A DNA stretch of 64,000 bases from Candidatus Cloacimonadales bacterium (lineage in GTDB: Bacteria > Cloacimonadota > Cloacimonadia > Cloacimonadales > JAFGVF01), in contig CAXXOU010000004.1 in the NCBI GenBank assembly GCA_963677495.2, positions 1,056,001 through 1,120,000 of the forward strand, in the 5' to 3' direction. Of the stretch, positions 1-12,125 are shown in pieces. The position numbers were made by a program, and so were the translations under genes. The notes beneath the pieces were generated by a model that did not search any database, was not told the origin of the DNA, and saw nothing but the letters and a program-made list of their open reading frames with translations. Numbering within the stretch: the stretch's first letter is position 1; each line of letters opens with the position of its first letter.

Positions 1-988
1 AATAAGCCAGATTCTCGTATGGATCAGCTTTAATCATGTCTGTAACAAGAACTGAGTCAGTTTGCTCATTTAGAACCCATTTTTGGTCCAACATTAAAGC
101 TTTAGCACTGTTGACTGTTATCATGTCGTAGACTTGTTTCATTGATATCTGAGGATAGTGTTTCTTAATGAACTTGAACTCTTCAAACATATTTAAACTA
201 CTGGACATAGATGAATCAGTGCCAATCACCACATTTACACCAGCTTTAATGGCATAATCAATATCAACTGATTCTCCAATCAGGAACTCATTAGAGTATG
301 GGCACCAGCAAATTGAAGCACCTAACTCTGCCATCTTATCTATCTCCGTATGAGTAAGTGAGATGCAATGAATCAGTATAGTGTTGTTACTGATAATTCC
401 CATATCAAGGGCTTTCTTGAACTCAGCCCTTGTGGTTTCATCAAGTCCTTCCCCTAAGTGCATTATGAACGGTTTTTTGCCTTTAGCAGCAATAAACTCT
501 TCAGAAGCAGTACCCCCACCCCACCAGTTACCAAGAGTAATTGAGTGATGCTGAGTATATTCACGAACCAACTCAATAGGCATTTGGTCATAGTAGTTAA
601 AAGGTTGAGGAGGTATATGGTCTTGCACGACTGCACAACCGGAAAATAGGTTTTTATAAGCCCCGAGCAATGCTACTTTATGCCCATTATCTTTTGTAAT
701 GTCATCAAATCCCTTGTTAATCCAGAACTTATTACGTTCTAAATAAGCCTGAGAATCTTTCATATCTTCTACCCAAAGGTGGGAATTAATATATGGTCGA
801 TTAGTCCCGGCACGGGGATACCAATTACTGACTAGGTGATCATGAGCATTAATAAAAGGCATATACGCCACAGTATTAGATTCCAACTTCAGATGTCTGC
901 TTTGATCAGAACCAGCATCTATATCCAATCGTTGCTTGGTGACAACCTTGTTGGAATCCAATACTATTTGCGTTGGGGTTAGATACAT
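1..988 (-). CDS. Amidohydrolase family metallo-hydrolase (runs off window start)
   Basis: My translation from ATG at 988: MYLTPTQIVL...FINAHDHL...MHLGEG...IHC...IGTDS, the HxH/H/H/D metal ligands of the amidohydrolase superfamily; not in ORF track because it lacks a stop in the window. Confidence 0.8.
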   Translation of the reverse strand, partial: MYLTPTQIVLDSNKVVTKQRLDIDAGSDQSRHLKLESNTVAYMPFINAHDHLVSNWYPRAGTNRPYINSHLWVEDMKDSQAYLERNKFWINKGFDDITKDNGHKVALLGAYKNLFSGCAVVQDHIPPQPFNYYDQMPIELVREYTQHHSITLGNWWGGGTASEEFIAAKGKKPFIMHLGEGLDETTRAEFKKALDMGIISNNTILIHCISLTHTEIDKMAELGASICWCPYSNEFLIGESVDIDYAIKAGVNVVIGTDSSMSSSLNMFEEFKFIKKHYPQISMKQVYDMITVNSAKALMLDQKWVLNEQTDSVLVTDMIKADPYENLAY

Positions 989-991
989 TAT

Positions 992-2170
992 TTAGTCAAT
1001 TTTTTTTATTAGCAGTGGTAAAATCTCAAAGAGATCTCCTACAATACCCAAATCTGCCACTTTAAAGATAGGTGCTTCCGGATCTTTATTAATTGCAATG
1101 ATATAATCTGATGAAGACATACCGGCAAGATGCTGGATAGCACCTGAAATACCTGAAGCAATGTATATTCTTGGTTTAACCGTCTTACCGGTTTGACCAA
1201 TCTGATGATTATATGAAATCCATCCTGCATCAACAGCTGCTCTTGATGCTGCAACAGCACCTTCAAGTTTTTCTGCAAGATTGTGAAGTAAGTCGAAACC
1301 TTCTGGTCCTTTAAGGCCACGACCACCTGAGATAATAAAATCAGCTTCAGTAACGTTGATTAGTCCGGTTTCCTCTTTAACACTTTCAAGAAGAACTGAA
1401 CCATCGCTTTGACCGGCAAGGTCAACTTTCTCAACAACTACTTTACCCACTCTGTTGTCATCTCTTTCAAGCGGAGTCATGACTTTATGACGTACTGTGG
1501 CTAACTGAGGCCTATGGTCAGGAGTAACAATAGTTGCCATTATGTTACCACCGAAAGCTGGACGAGTCTGAAGTAAGTCTCCGGAATCAGAATCGATTTC
1601 AAGACCGGTACAATCAGCAGTTAAACCTGTATGAAGCGAAACCGCTACACGTGGAATGAAGGAACGTCCGATAACGGAAGCACCTGCAAGTACAATCTCA
1701 GGTTTATACTTTTCACTTACAGCAACCATAGCCTGAGTGTAAAGATGATCAGTGAACTTTTCAAGTTCAGGTTCGTTGACATAAAGAACTTCATCTGCAC
1801 CAAAAGCAATGAGCTCTTTGCTGAGTTCATCAACATTGTATCCGAGAAGTACAGCACTTAAAGGAACTTCAAGCTGATCAGCGAGTTCTCTGCCTTTACC
1901 AAGAAGTTCAAGTACAACCGGTGCTAGTTCTCCATCTCTCTGTTCAGCATAAACCCAAACACCTTTGAAGTCTGCTTTGTTAATAGTTGAACGTGAGTTT
2001 TTTCTTATAAAAATAGCATCAAATGGGCAATCAGTAACACATGCTCCACATAGAACGCAATTATCTGCATTAATTTCTGCAACTTTGTTTGTTATTGTAA
2101 TAGCATTGTAAGCACATGATTTGATACATTTTCCACAGCCTACACATTTTTCGACGATAACTTCAATCAT
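992..2170 (-). CDS. etfA: Electron transfer flavoprotein alpha subunit with N-terminal 2x[4Fe-4S] ferredoxin domain
   Basis: CxxCxxCxxxC twice; GLTADCT, RPAFGGN, QIGQTGKTV, GISGAIQH ETF-alpha motifs. Confidence 0.92.
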   Translation of the reverse strand: MIEVIVEKCVGCGKCIKSCAYNAITITNKVAEINADNCVLCGACVTDCPFDAIFIRKNSRSTINKADFKGVWVYAEQRDGELAPVVLELLGKGRELADQLEVPLSAVLLGYNVDELSKELIAFGADEVLYVNEPELEKFTDHLYTQAMVAVSEKYKPEIVLAGASVIGRSFIPRVAVSLHTGLTADCTGLEIDSDSGDLLQTRPAFGGNIMATIVTPDHRPQLATVRHKVMTPLERDDNRVGKVVVEKVDLAGQSDGSVLLESVKEETGLINVTEADFIISGGRGLKGPEGFDLLHNLAEKLEGAVAASRAAVDAGWISYNHQIGQTGKTVKPRIYIASGISGAIQHLAGMSSSDYIIAINKDPEAPIFKVADLGIVGDLFEILPLLIKKID

Positions 2171-2246
2171 TAATTTCTCCTGGAATTATCTATATTCATA
2201 TTTCATAACATTTATCAAATATAGTCAATATTTTTATTTATAATCT

Positions 2247-3512
2247 CTATTCAAAATAGAAAATAGCTTGAATTGGATTGATCTTTGCTGCTTTAATTGC
2301 CGGATAAAGCCCGGACACGAATCCAATCAACATCGAGAATCCGAAACCAAGTAAGATACCTAATATAGGGATACTAAACGGCATCCCTACAACAGTTGAG
2401 AATATCTTTAACAGAATCATAGCAAGACTTGTTCCTCCTATTGCACCTAGTATGGCAAGACTAAGTGCTTCAGCGATAAAGTAGAAGAATATATCTCCTT
2501 CCGTCGCTCCTATACTCTTTCTAATACCAATCTCTGTCATTCTTTCAGTAATTGATATAAGTAATGTACTAAAAAGGCCTATACCACCAACTATCAAAGA
2601 TACTGAAGCTATGATAGAAAGAGTTATATTGAACTTATCCATCATCTTCTTTGTTTGCTCTGTTATCTGCATTAGGAAAGATCCGACATTCTGGAACCCG
2701 AAGTTTGGGTACATCTGATGAGTAGAAAGTAATAACTGACGGGCACGATTCTTAAGGAACTTATACTCTTCAAGTGATGGTGATTGCAGATAAATATAAT
2801 CTATAGCACCATTGTTTCTTAAGTATTTTGCTCCTGTTGAAAGAGGTATATAAACTGCACGAAGGTCAGCCTTTCTTTCCCAAGCATTAAAGTTAAAGTT
2901 TTTGCGCTTTGATAACGGGTCATCAGCAAGGATACCAATAATTCTATAATTCTGGTCACCGAGATAGATAACTTTATTCAATGGGGTTTTATTGTTAAAA
3001 TACTTCTTCGCAAAATAATGACCAACTACGCAGACTTTTACACTATTATTCTCTTCATAACGAGAAAAGTATCTACCTTTTCCTATATCATAAGTCTTGT
3101 TAATAAAGAAATCAGTATTTGTTGCTCGTACTTTCACGTATTTCTTTTTATTATGATGTCGGTAATTGCTATTCTCTTCAATCATGCCATAGCTCATCTT
3201 AACTGATAAACTATCTGTTAGCATTTTATAGTCTTTGAAGTTTAAAGGCTCAACAGTTCGGCGTCTTCTACGACCATATCGCCATCTCATAGACCAGTAA
3301 TTCTGTTGAGCAGATGGTGTAATGATTATTGAGTTGTCCCACCCAAGTTTCTCCATGTTATCCATAACAAACGATTTCATTCCGTTTATAGCTGAAAACA
3401 TGGTAACAACAGCCATTACACCAATTACTATCCCAATAAGCGTAAGGAATGACCTTAGCTTATGCGAGAGTATTGTCTGTAAACTGCTACTGAAACTATC
3501 TCTTAAATGCAT
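2247..3512 (-). CDS. ABC transporter permease, MacB/FtsX family
   Basis: LRSFLTLIGIVIGV, ISITERMTEIGIRKSIGA, GLYPAIKAAKINPI. Confidence 0.9.
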   Translation of the reverse strand: MHLRDSFSSSLQTILSHKLRSFLTLIGIVIGVMAVVTMFSAINGMKSFVMDNMEKLGWDNSIIITPSAQQNYWSMRWRYGRRRRRTVEPLNFKDYKMLTDSLSVKMSYGMIEENSNYRHHNKKKYVKVRATNTDFFINKTYDIGKGRYFSRYEENNSVKVCVVGHYFAKKYFNNKTPLNKVIYLGDQNYRIIGILADDPLSKRKNFNFNAWERKADLRAVYIPLSTGAKYLRNNGAIDYIYLQSPSLEEYKFLKNRARQLLLSTHQMYPNFGFQNVGSFLMQITEQTKKMMDKFNITLSIIASVSLIVGGIGLFSTLLISITERMTEIGIRKSIGATEGDIFFYFIAEALSLAILGAIGGTSLAMILLKIFSTVVGMPFSIPILGILLGFGFSMLIGFVSGLYPAIKAAKINPIQAIFYFE

Positions 3513-3515
3513 AAC

Positions 3516-5735
3516 CTACTTCACAACAGTTTTACATTCCGGACAGATTTTGTAATCTCCATCTTTCTTCGAATGCTTCTGATAAAGGAAATAATGCCCA
3601 CAATTAGGACACTTTTCATCTACTGGTTTATCGTTTGATATGAACTTACATTTTGGGTAGTTTGTACATGAGTAGAAGAGTTTTCCGCGTTTATTCTTCT
3701 TTTCAGTAATGAAACCTTCCTTGCAATCAGGACATTTAATCCCTGTATGAATTGCTTCAGTATACTTACAAGTAGGATAATTAGAACATGCTATAAACTT
3801 ACCGAATCTACCTGATTTAACAGTAAGCTCACTACCGCATTTCGGACACTCTCTATCAAGCTTTTCCTCTTCTTTGATTTTGATAGTACCATCTTCATCA
3901 CGAGTAAAGTTTTTAATATTTCTACATTTCGGGAAGTTATCACAAGACAGGAACTGACCATTAGAGCCCCACCTTACAACGAGATGTCCCTCTCCACACT
4001 TGTCACACTTCATATCTGTAGTTTCCTGAAGCTTTTTCTTCAGCGCTTTGACATCAACATCTGCCATCTGTCCCTTCAGACTGCCATAGTACTTGCCTAA
4101 CAGGTCAACATAATCTATCTTTCCAAATTCGACCGAGTCTAAGTCATTCTCCATATCAGCAGTAAAAGCTACATTAAAGAACTTCTCAAAACTTTGTACA
4201 AGGAATGAATTCACATGTATTCCAAGCTCAGTTGGGAAGAAGTTTTTCTTCTCCATTTCAACATACTTACGAAGTATTATAGTATTTATGATAGTAGCAT
4301 ATGTAGATGGTCTACCTATTCCATCAGCTTCCATCTCTTTGATTAATGAAGCTTCACTATATCTACTTGGTGGTTTTGTGAAATGCTGATTAGTTTTGAG
4401 CTCATCAGTTTTAACAGCATCACCTTCAGCATAAGCTGCATCAATTAACTCACCTTTGTTTACTTTGACATGAGGGTATGCTTCTAGGAAACCTTTGCTT
4501 TCAATAATAGAACCGGAAGTATTAAATTGTCCTGGTCCAGCAACTGTTTCGATTTTAATTGTATTTACTTTAGCAGGAACCATCTGAGTTGCAACAAATC
4601 TCTGCCAGATAAGAGTGTATAATCTTAGTTCATCACGATCAAGACTCTTTGCGAGCATTTCAGGAGTATTGAAGGGATTTGTTGGTCTGATTGCTTCATG
4701 AGCATCTTGTGCTTTGTTCTTGTTCTTAAAATGTCTCTGCTTATCGTGTAAGAAACCTTTACCCCATCTCTCACCGATTAAATCACGGCAACTATTCAAA
4801 GCTTCACCGGACATTCTGACGGAGTCAGTACGCATGTATGAAATAAGACCTTTACGTTCACCATCAAAATCAATACCTTCATAAAGCTTCTGGGCAATCG
4901 TCATGGTTCTTTTAGCTGAAAAGTTCAATATCTTTGAAGCTTCCTGCTGAAGTGTACTTGTAATAAATGGTGGTAAAGGATGAAGTTTACGCTGAGACTT
5001 TGTAATCTTATCAATATTAATCTCATTATTTTTAAGCTTTTCAACAACTTCAGTAGCCTCATCTATATTGGCCATTTTTATCTTCTTACCATTGATCTTC
5101 TCGAGTACAGCTTTGTAAGGTTCTGCTCCATCTTTGTAGAATTCAGCAGAGATACTCCAATACTCTTCAGGGACAAATGCTTTGATTTGCTCTTCACGTT
5201 CACAAATAAGTCTAAGTGCAACTGATTGCACACGCCCTGCACTAAGACCTTTATATATACCTTTCCATAAGAAAGGGCTTACTTGATAACCTACTATCCT
5301 ATCAAGGATTCTACGAGCTTGCTGTGCATTGACTCTATTTTCATCTATCTCTCTTGGGTTTCTAATAGATTCCTGAACAGCTTTTTGAGTAATCTCATTA
5401 AACTCGATTCTTTTTATCTTTTTGCCTTTAATCTCTTTCTTCAGCACTTGAGTTAAATGCCATGCAATTGCCTCTCCCTCTCGATCAGGGTCAGCAGCAA
5501 GAAAGATTGTATTCGCTTCTTTTACAGCTTCTTTTAAAGCAGAGATAACTTTAGACTTGGTTCTATCTGTTACATATTTTGCTTTAAATTTATTCTCTAA
5601 ATCAACACCAAAATCTTTCTTTGGTAAATCTCTTACGTGTCCCATTGAAGCTAATATATTATACTTACCTTTAAGGAACTTACTGATTGTGCTGGCCTTT
5701 GCAGCTGACTCCACAATAATTAAATCTTTTGCCAT
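3516..5735 (-). CDS. topA: DNA topoisomerase I
   Basis: LIIVES, DPDREGEAIAWH, SAGRVQS, ISYMRTDS, C-terminal zinc ribbons. Confidence 0.97.
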   Translation of the reverse strand: MAKDLIIVESAAKASTISKFLKGKYNILASMGHVRDLPKKDFGVDLENKFKAKYVTDRTKSKVISALKEAVKEANTIFLAADPDREGEAIAWHLTQVLKKEIKGKKIKRIEFNEITQKAVQESIRNPREIDENRVNAQQARRILDRIVGYQVSPFLWKGIYKGLSAGRVQSVALRLICEREEQIKAFVPEEYWSISAEFYKDGAEPYKAVLEKINGKKIKMANIDEATEVVEKLKNNEINIDKITKSQRKLHPLPPFITSTLQQEASKILNFSAKRTMTIAQKLYEGIDFDGERKGLISYMRTDSVRMSGEALNSCRDLIGERWGKGFLHDKQRHFKNKNKAQDAHEAIRPTNPFNTPEMLAKSLDRDELRLYTLIWQRFVATQMVPAKVNTIKIETVAGPGQFNTSGSIIESKGFLEAYPHVKVNKGELIDAAYAEGDAVKTDELKTNQHFTKPPSRYSEASLIKEMEADGIGRPSTYATIINTIILRKYVEMEKKNFFPTELGIHVNSFLVQSFEKFFNVAFTADMENDLDSVEFGKIDYVDLLGKYYGSLKGQMADVDVKALKKKLQETTDMKCDKCGEGHLVVRWGSNGQFLSCDNFPKCRNIKNFTRDEDGTIKIKEEEKLDRECPKCGSELTVKSGRFGKFIACSNYPTCKYTEAIHTGIKCPDCKEGFITEKKNKRGKLFYSCTNYPKCKFISNDKPVDEKCPNCGHYFLYQKHSKKDGDYKICPECKTVVK

Positions 5736-5742
5736 ATCTATC

Positions 5743-6153
5743 CTAATTCTTTGTTAACTCTGTTTGTCCTGAAATCATTTCCAGATAGCCTCTTGAAGAG
5801 ACGTTCTGAACTCCTGTAAACATGTAGATTGTTACGATTTTTTCAAGCCTGTCTCTGTCAACTCTTGAATGTGTTTCATTATATATGTTCACACAAGCAT
5901 TAAGAATGTTCTCTAAGTCCATTGCAGTGATTGATTCCATCTGCAATAGTGTTAACAGATAACCGTATGCTCCAGTTGTTAGAGCATAGTTTTCTTGTCT
6001 GCTCAACATCCTGTTATAAGTGCTTTTCTCCTTGTCTTGAAGCGTGAGAAGGTTATAAAGAAAATCCTTCTCCTCATCAGTTAGAAGATTAAGCATCTCA
6101 TCTGTAATATCGCTATCTAAAGCCTTTATCATGTCCGTTTTATCAATCTTCAT
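5743..6153 (-). CDS. Smg/DUF494-like protein
   Basis: RMLSRQENYALTTGAYGYLLTL resembles the Smg core; position directly upstream of topA is the usual smg context. Confidence 0.5.
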   Translation of the reverse strand: MKIDKTDMIKALDSDITDEMLNLLTDEEKDFLYNLLTLQDKEKSTYNRMLSRQENYALTTGAYGYLLTLLQMESITAMDLENILNACVNIYNETHSRVDRDRLEKIVTIYMFTGVQNVSSRGYLEMISGQTELTKN

Positions 6154-9100
6154 TAATCTAAATCAGCTTTTCTCTTTCCACAGCATTGCTTATATTTCTT
6201 TCCACTACCACATGGACAAGGTTCATTTCTGCCAATGTTTACGTCATTAACAATCGGTTGAAGCTTTTGTCTTTCCTGTGGTTGAGGTTGTGTTTGTTGT
6301 TTTGCTTCTGAATCAGTTGCAAAAGTATCAATATCTTTATGCTCCATCTGTATGTTAGCCATAAGGTTCTTATACTCTTCAATAGTGTAGAGTTGCATAA
6401 TAAATACACTTTTTGAAACACGTGATTGCAATCTTTCAATGAGACTCTGGAATAGCTCAAAACTCTCTTTTTTATACTCAATAAGCGGGTCTTTTTGAGC
6501 ATAAGCACGTAAACCAATACCTTCTCTAAGATGGTCCATTTCATGAAGATGGTCACGCCATTCTGAATCAACTACTTCAAGAAGAGAACGTCTTTCTATC
6601 TCACGCATCTTCTCGTCACCTTGCATCTCTTCACGTTTTGCGTATGCATCCATAACAATTTCTTCTGCCATGGAATGAAGAGTTTCTGGTGTGAGTCTTT
6701 CTGTTTTAAAGCAGTCTTCTGGAACATTCAAACTATATTCTAAGTTAATCCAAGCTCTGATTCTACCAAGGTCCCAGTTCTCAGGATACTGTTCAACTGA
6801 AACAGTCTCTTCAACTTTTCTCCAAATAGTATCTTTAATCATCTCAATTATCTCAGATTTAATGTTGAGACCTTTGAGTACATTTCTGCGGTACTGATAG
6901 ATAACTTCCCTTTGTTGATTCATAATCTCATCATACTTCAGCAACTGCTTACGAATCTCAAAGTTATGTTCCTCAACCTTTGATTGCGCTCTTTCAACCG
7001 CTTTTGTCATCCAAGGATGCATAATTGGTTCATCTTCCTGCACGCCCATCTTTTGCATCATTGGTGCAATTCTATCAGAGCCGAAAAGTCGCATTAAGTC
7101 ATCTTCCAGAGATAAGTAAAACCTTGAAGTTCCGGGATCACCTTGACGTCCGGCACGACCACGAAGCTGTCTATCAATACGTCTGGAATCATGCCTTGCA
7201 CTACCGATAACATGTAAGCCATCGATTGGAGCTCCAAATGGTTGCTCTTTAGTGGGTTTACTTGAAATGTTTCTATAGCTTTCTTTGGACTGTGTAATAA
7301 CACCCTCTCCAAGTTTAATGTCTGTTCCACGACCTGCCATGTTTGTTGCAATCACAACTGATCCCGGTTTACCGGCCATAGCAACGATTTCAGCTTCTCT
7401 TTCATGGTATTTAGCATTAAGAACATTATGTACAATCTTCCTACGTTTTAGCATTCGGCTAAGGGTTTCTGAAACATCAACACTCACAGTACCCACAAGT
7501 ACGGGCTTCTTGAGTTTATGCCAATATTCAATCTCATCAATAATCGCTTTGTACTTCTCATTTTTAGTCATGTAGATAACATCATCATGATCAATACGTG
7601 TAATAGGCACATTAGTTGGTATTTGAATACATTTTAACTTATATATCTCATGGAACTCATTCTCTTCTGTGATTGCAGTACCTGTCATACCGGCAAGTTT
7701 TTCAAACTTTCTAAAGTAGTTCTGCAATGTTATCGTTGCAAGTGTCTGAGTGGCACTCTCAATCTTAAGGTTTTCTTTTGCTTCCAGAGCCTGATGAAGT
7801 CCTTCACTGAATCTTCTACCCGGCATAGCACGCCCGGTGAACTCATCAACAATAACAATCTTGTTGTCTTGCACAATGTAGTCTACATTCTGTTCGAAGA
7901 GCATATACGCTTTCAGAAGCTGGGTAATATTATGTAACTTCTCATTCTTATCCATGAAGTATTTAGTTAACTCTTGTCTTTGCTTCTCTTTCTCTTCATC
8001 AGAAAGATCTTCTCTTTGGTCTAAATCATATATCTCTTCATCAAGTGATTTAAGAAGGAAAAGATTAGTCTCATATTTATCAAGAAGTTCTCGACCTTTT
8101 TCATTGATATCAACAGCATTGGAACGTTCATCAACAGTGAAGAAAAGCTCTGCATCAAGCTCATGCATCTTCTTATCGCGGATATAGGAACCTTCACAGT
8201 CCTGAAGCAGTTTCTTGTAAATTGAATCCTTAAGGATTTTAAAAAGTGCTTTATTCTTTGGAGCACCACGATATACTTTAAGAAGTGCTTTACCAAGGGC
8301 GAATGAATCTTTATCTCCCTCATTAATCATCTGTCTAATCTCAGATAGAATACCGGCGATCATCTGTTGTTGCAGATGCACCAGTTTTGCTACATGAGGT
8401 TTAATCTCTAAATAGAAGTTTTTATCATGTTCAACCTTACCACTGATAATAAGGGGTGTTCTAGCTTCATCGATAAGAATACTATCGACTTCATCCACGA
8501 TTGCGTAATAGAACTCTCTTTGCACAAGTTGTTTAGGGCTTGTAGCCATATTATCTCTAAGATAGTCAAACCCAAATTCACTGTTCATACCATAGGTAAC
8601 ATCTTTCTGATACTCTTCTTGTCTCGCTTCAAAGTTTAAACCTGTTGTGATACACCCTACTTCCATACCATGGAAATTGAATATTGGAGACATCCATTCG
8701 GAGTCACGAGATGCCAAATAATCATTTACTGTAATAAGATGAGCTCCACGTCCTGTAAGAGCATTTAGAAAGAGAGGTAAAGTTGCTACAAGAGTTTTAC
8801 CTTCACCGGTTGCCATCTCAGCAATATTACCTTTATGAAGACATATACCACCAATAAGCTGTACATCAAATGGCACCATCTCCCATACAAGATCATTTCC
8901 ACGAACTGGGAAAGATTGCCCAACCAGTCTTCTGCAAGTGTCTTTAACAATTGCAAACACTTCAACAAGATGAAAATCAAGTATATCCTGAGTAGTCTTT
9001 TTAAGATTAGCTTTCAGAACATCAAGCTTATTACGAAGAGATTCTTTCTCTTTTTCATTAGCTTCAGTTTGATACTTTGAAAGCATCTCTTCATATTCCT

Positions 9101-9287
9101 CTTCTAAAGGAGTAATAACTTCTCTGATCTCAGCTTTTATTTCATTGATTCTATTGCGAATCTCATCATCGCTAAGTTTCTCTAATTCAGGATACTTATC
9201 ATTAATATCATCTTTTATGGGATAAAACTCTTTCAAGTCTCTTGATTGCCTATCACCCATCAATTTTTTCAACAATTTATTTAGCAT
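6153..9287 (-). CDS. secA: Preprotein translocase ATPase SecA
   Basis: [43 protein letters not shown]-terminal [17 protein letters not shown]. Confidence 0.98.
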   Translation of the reverse strand: MLNKLLKKLMGDRQSRDLKEFYPIKDDINDKYPELEKLSDDEIRNRINEIKAEIREVITPLEEEYEEMLSKYQTEANEKEKESLRNKLDVLKANLKKTTQDILDFHLVEVFAIVKDTCRRLVGQSFPVRGNDLVWEMVPFDVQLIGGICLHKGNIAEMATGEGKTLVATLPLFLNALTGRGAHLITVNDYLASRDSEWMSPIFNFHGMEVGCITTGLNFEARQEEYQKDVTYGMNSEFGFDYLRDNMATSPKQLVQREFYYAIVDEVDSILIDEARTPLIISGKVEHDKNFYLEIKPHVAKLVHLQQQMIAGILSEIRQMINEGDKDSFALGKALLKVYRGAPKNKALFKILKDSIYKKLLQDCEGSYIRDKKMHELDAELFFTVDERSNAVDINEKGRELLDKYETNLFLLKSLDEEIYDLDQREDLSDEEKEKQRQELTKYFMDKNEKLHNITQLLKAYMLFEQNVDYIVQDNKIVIVDEFTGRAMPGRRFSEGLHQALEAKENLKIESATQTLATITLQNYFRKFEKLAGMTGTAITEENEFHEIYKLKCIQIPTNVPITRIDHDDVIYMTKNEKYKAIIDEIEYWHKLKKPVLVGTVSVDVSETLSRMLKRRKIVHNVLNAKYHEREAEIVAMAGKPGSVVIATNMAGRGTDIKLGEGVITQSKESYRNISSKPTKEQPFGAPIDGLHVIGSARHDSRRIDRQLRGRAGRQGDPGTSRFYLSLEDDLMRLFGSDRIAPMMQKMGVQEDEPIMHPWMTKAVERAQSKVEEHNFEIRKQLLKYDEIMNQQREVIYQYRRNVLKGLNIKSEIIEMIKDTIWRKVEETVSVEQYPENWDLGRIRAWINLEYSLNVPEDCFKTERLTPETLHSMAEEIVMDAYAKREEMQGDEKMREIERRSLLEVVDSEWRDHLHEMDHLREGIGLRAYAQKDPLIEYKKESFELFQSLIERLQSRVSKSVFIMQLYTIEEYKNLMANIQMEHKDIDTFATDSEAKQQTQPQPQERQKLQPIVNDVNIGRNEPCPCGSGKKYKQCCGKRKADLD

Positions 9288-9469
9288 TTCTTATCCTTAT
9301 ATCGATTTGATTTTCAAGTAGTTTTAACTACCCCCTTATTGTCAAACATTTTTGACATCTATAACAATAATGCAACATATAATCAAAGATTACATTATAT
9401 AGATTTTTTCTTTAGTTGTTATTTAGACTTGATATGAGTAACCCGGAATTAGTTTTCTACATAGTCGAC

Positions 9470-10210
9470 GTATCTCTACTTCGCTCAGGGTGACATACAC
9501 AGTGCCATTTGCAATGACTTACCGCATTTCAGGGAGTTTGTCGGCCTGATAAGGCAACGGACTTCCTGAAATGTACTTCGAAGTCGCATGTCCCTGATTT
9601 CGTTCTCGCGTCACGCTATCGCTGCAACGCAAGTCCGAAATTAACATACACAGTGCCATTTGCAACAACTTAGCTACTTTTATTGACCTTTCCACTCTCT
9701 TTTACTGCTCTATCTATCAACGCACTGTGCACGCACTGTGTCCCCACTGTGAAGGCACTGCCAACCCACTGTTTCACTGGGTGCACAGTGGGAAAACAGT
9801 GGGATGACTGCGATTTGCTGGATGGTTTAGTGAAAGCGAGAAGCAATACTACCTTGAAAATGGTCCTAAGACCTTTTCAATGGTGCTCTTGTAATGTAAA
9901 CCGATCCACTCTTGGTTGATTGAACCAGACCAAAAACCATTTATACGACCCCTTCTGGGTCGGATTTTTGTTGTATATCTAACCATAGGCTGCACCTATG
10001 GCTAATTAAACTTATACCTCTTTGAGGTAGGCATTATTCCAGCAACGCAATTCCGAGTTGTGTAACAAGACAAACCGACACAGTCGGTTAAGTCCATATA
10101 TGAACGCATCAACTGCGTAGATGCAACTGCAAGATGACTAAGGAAGAAGTGATTCGCAACGAAGTGTGAATCGCTAATTCCAGGAACTCGAAGTCTGATT
10201 CGTATTTCTC
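9470..10210. repeat. Mosaic of REP-like hairpin modules in the secA/skp divergent intergenic region
   Basis: Modules recur elsewhere: 9599-9638 ~ 33211, 33845, 58203(rc); 9851-9886 ~ 33716, 55073; 10069-10098 ~ 41574; 10106-10200 ~ 33119; local direct repeat ACATACACAGTGCCATTTGCAA at 9494 and 9645. Confidence 0.8.
9723..9801. repeat. 11-bp periodic inverted array (core CACTG/CAGTG)
   Basis: CACTG at 9723, 9734, 9745, 9756, 9767; CAGTG at 9786, 9797. Confidence 0.9.
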
Positions 10211-10498
10211 ATCCAAAAAGAGCATTCTCTATCAATTTTAGAATAACTGTTATATGATGATTTATAAATTATATACCATCTATTACCTAAAGTACTTTCT
10301 CTAACAATGTTCTCAAACTAATACATATCAATAAGAATACTAGCTGACATTGTAATTCTTAAACAAACATATTGGTCTTAAGATTGATACCGACTTTAGA
10401 ACGGTCTTATATATACATATAAAGTGTTGATATTTTTGTTTGACTAATTAGTCTTACTCCTAAAACTTGCGAAAATGTATTAAAATAGTGGAGGACTA

Positions 10499-11077
10499 AT
10501 GAAAAAATTAGTATTGATGCTGGTCTTAACAACTCTGTTAACGGTTGGCTTAGTAGCAAAATCTCAAGAGATAGCATATGTAGATATAGACGCAGTTATC
10601 ACACGTTGTAATGACACACAAGAAATCCAAAGAGCTTTTGATTTAGAACGCCAAGAGTGGGCAAATCAACTTACTGACCTTGAAAATGAAATTACAAGAA
10701 TGGAAACAGATTTCGAAACTCACAAACTTACTTACAGTGCTTCAGGACGTTCTGAACAGGAAAAGAAGATTGAAGATAAGAAAGCTGAATACAGAACAAT
10801 GGTTGAAAACTTCTTTGGTGAGAATGGAATTGCAGCTCAGAGATATCAGGAACTTGTAGAACCAGTTCAAAACAAGATTCTTGAAGTGATTCAAGACATT
10901 TCTATCCAGGAAAACTATTCATTAGTACTTAACGTTAGCGCCGGTGGCATACTTTATGCTACTCAAGAGATGGACATCACTGACATGGTTATCCAGAGAA
11001 TGGATGCTGATAGTGGTCAGATTGCTCCTGCTGCTACTGATGTACCTAAAGCTGATGACAAAGGCGGAAAGAAATAG
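10499..11077 (+). CDS. skp: OmpH/Skp periplasmic chaperone
   Basis: Signal peptide, IAYVD, coiled coil, ILYA...DITD; directly upstream of lpxD. Confidence 0.88.
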   Translation: MKKLVLMLVLTTLLTVGLVAKSQEIAYVDIDAVITRCNDTQEIQRAFDLERQEWANQLTDLENEITRMETDFETHKLTYSASGRSEQEKKIEDKKAEYRTMVENFFGENGIAAQRYQELVEPVQNKILEVIQDISIQENYSLVLNVSAGGILYATQEMDITDMVIQRMDADSGQIAPAATDVPKADDKGGKK

Positions 11078-12121
11078 ATGAAGAAATTCAGGCTTGAGAT
11101 TACACCGGAACTTATAGCTTCCCAACTTCCGGGGGAGTTGATACAGCGTAATGAAGTAACTTTGGATAATGTTGCTGAGCTCTTAGAAGCTAATGGTAAT
11201 TCTGTATGTTTTTTTGAGAATGATGCCTTTGCTTCTGACTTAAAAGTGACAAAAGCCGGACTTGTATTTGTTAAACAGGATTTTGATGTATCTATCCTTC
11301 CAAATACAAACCTGCTTAAAGTTGAGTATCCTTATGTCTATTTCATGATGTTAGTAAAAACATGGTTAAAACTCAGTAAGCCTGACTTCATGACTTCTAT
11401 TAGCGAAACAGCAGTTATTGCTAACTCTGCCAAGATCTCTGATAAAGTAGTTATTAAAGAGAATGTAGTGATTGGGCAAAATGTTGTAATAGATGACTAC
11501 ACAGTCATAGAAGCAAATTGCGTTATTATGGATGATGTGCAGATTGGTAAAAACTGTCACCTCTTCCCCAACGTGACAATCTATCAGGACTCAGTTTTGA
11601 TGAATGATGTTATTCTTCATGCCGGAGTTGTGATAGGTGCAGATGGATTTGGATATATTTATCACGAAGGTATTCAACAGAAAGTTCCACAAGTTGGAAA
11701 CGTGATTATCGAAGATAGTGTTGAAATTGGTGCTAATAGTTGTATTGACCGTGGAGCACTTGGAACCACACGAATCGGTAAACACACAAAGTTAGATAAC
11801 CTTGTTCAGGTTGGGCATAACGTACAGATTGGAGAAAATACTATGTTATGTTCACAAGTTGGCATTGCAGGTAGCACGAAAGTCGGTGACTTAGTGTATC
11901 TTGCAGGTCAAGTTGGAGTTGCTGATCATATCAGCATTGGTAATAATGTGAAAGTCGGAGCAAAATCGGGCATATCCGGAAATGTTGATAACGATAAGCT
12001 TATGTTCGGCATACCGGCCCGTGAATCCGGGGTAACTAAGAGAATTATGGCTTCACAACGTTACTTGCCTGAGTTAGTGAAATATTATAAAAAAGAACTG
12101 AAGAAAAAAGATAAAGAGTAG
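11078..12121 (+). CDS. lpxD: UDP-3-O-acylglucosamine N-acyltransferase
   Basis: Hexapeptide repeats, [24 protein letters not shown]. Confidence 0.96.
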   Translation: MKKFRLEITPELIASQLPGELIQRNEVTLDNVAELLEANGNSVCFFENDAFASDLKVTKAGLVFVKQDFDVSILPNTNLLKVEYPYVYFMMLVKTWLKLSKPDFMTSISETAVIANSAKISDKVVIKENVVIGQNVVIDDYTVIEANCVIMDDVQIGKNCHLFPNVTIYQDSVLMNDVILHAGVVIGADGFGYIYHEGIQQKVPQVGNVIIEDSVEIGANSCIDRGALGTTRIGKHTKLDNLVQVGHNVQIGENTMLCSQVGIAGSTKVGDLVYLAGQVGVADHISIGNNVKVGAKSGISGNVDNDKLMFGIPARESGVTKRIMASQRYLPELVKYYKKELKKKDKE

Positions 12122-12125
12122 TTTT

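Noticed and set aside
9683..9919. Short ORFs over repeat regions (also 15466-15949, 33313-33567, 33732-34174, 55040-55301, 58130-58635)
   Set aside because: No convincing RBS or protein motifs; they are chance frames across the non-coding repeats.
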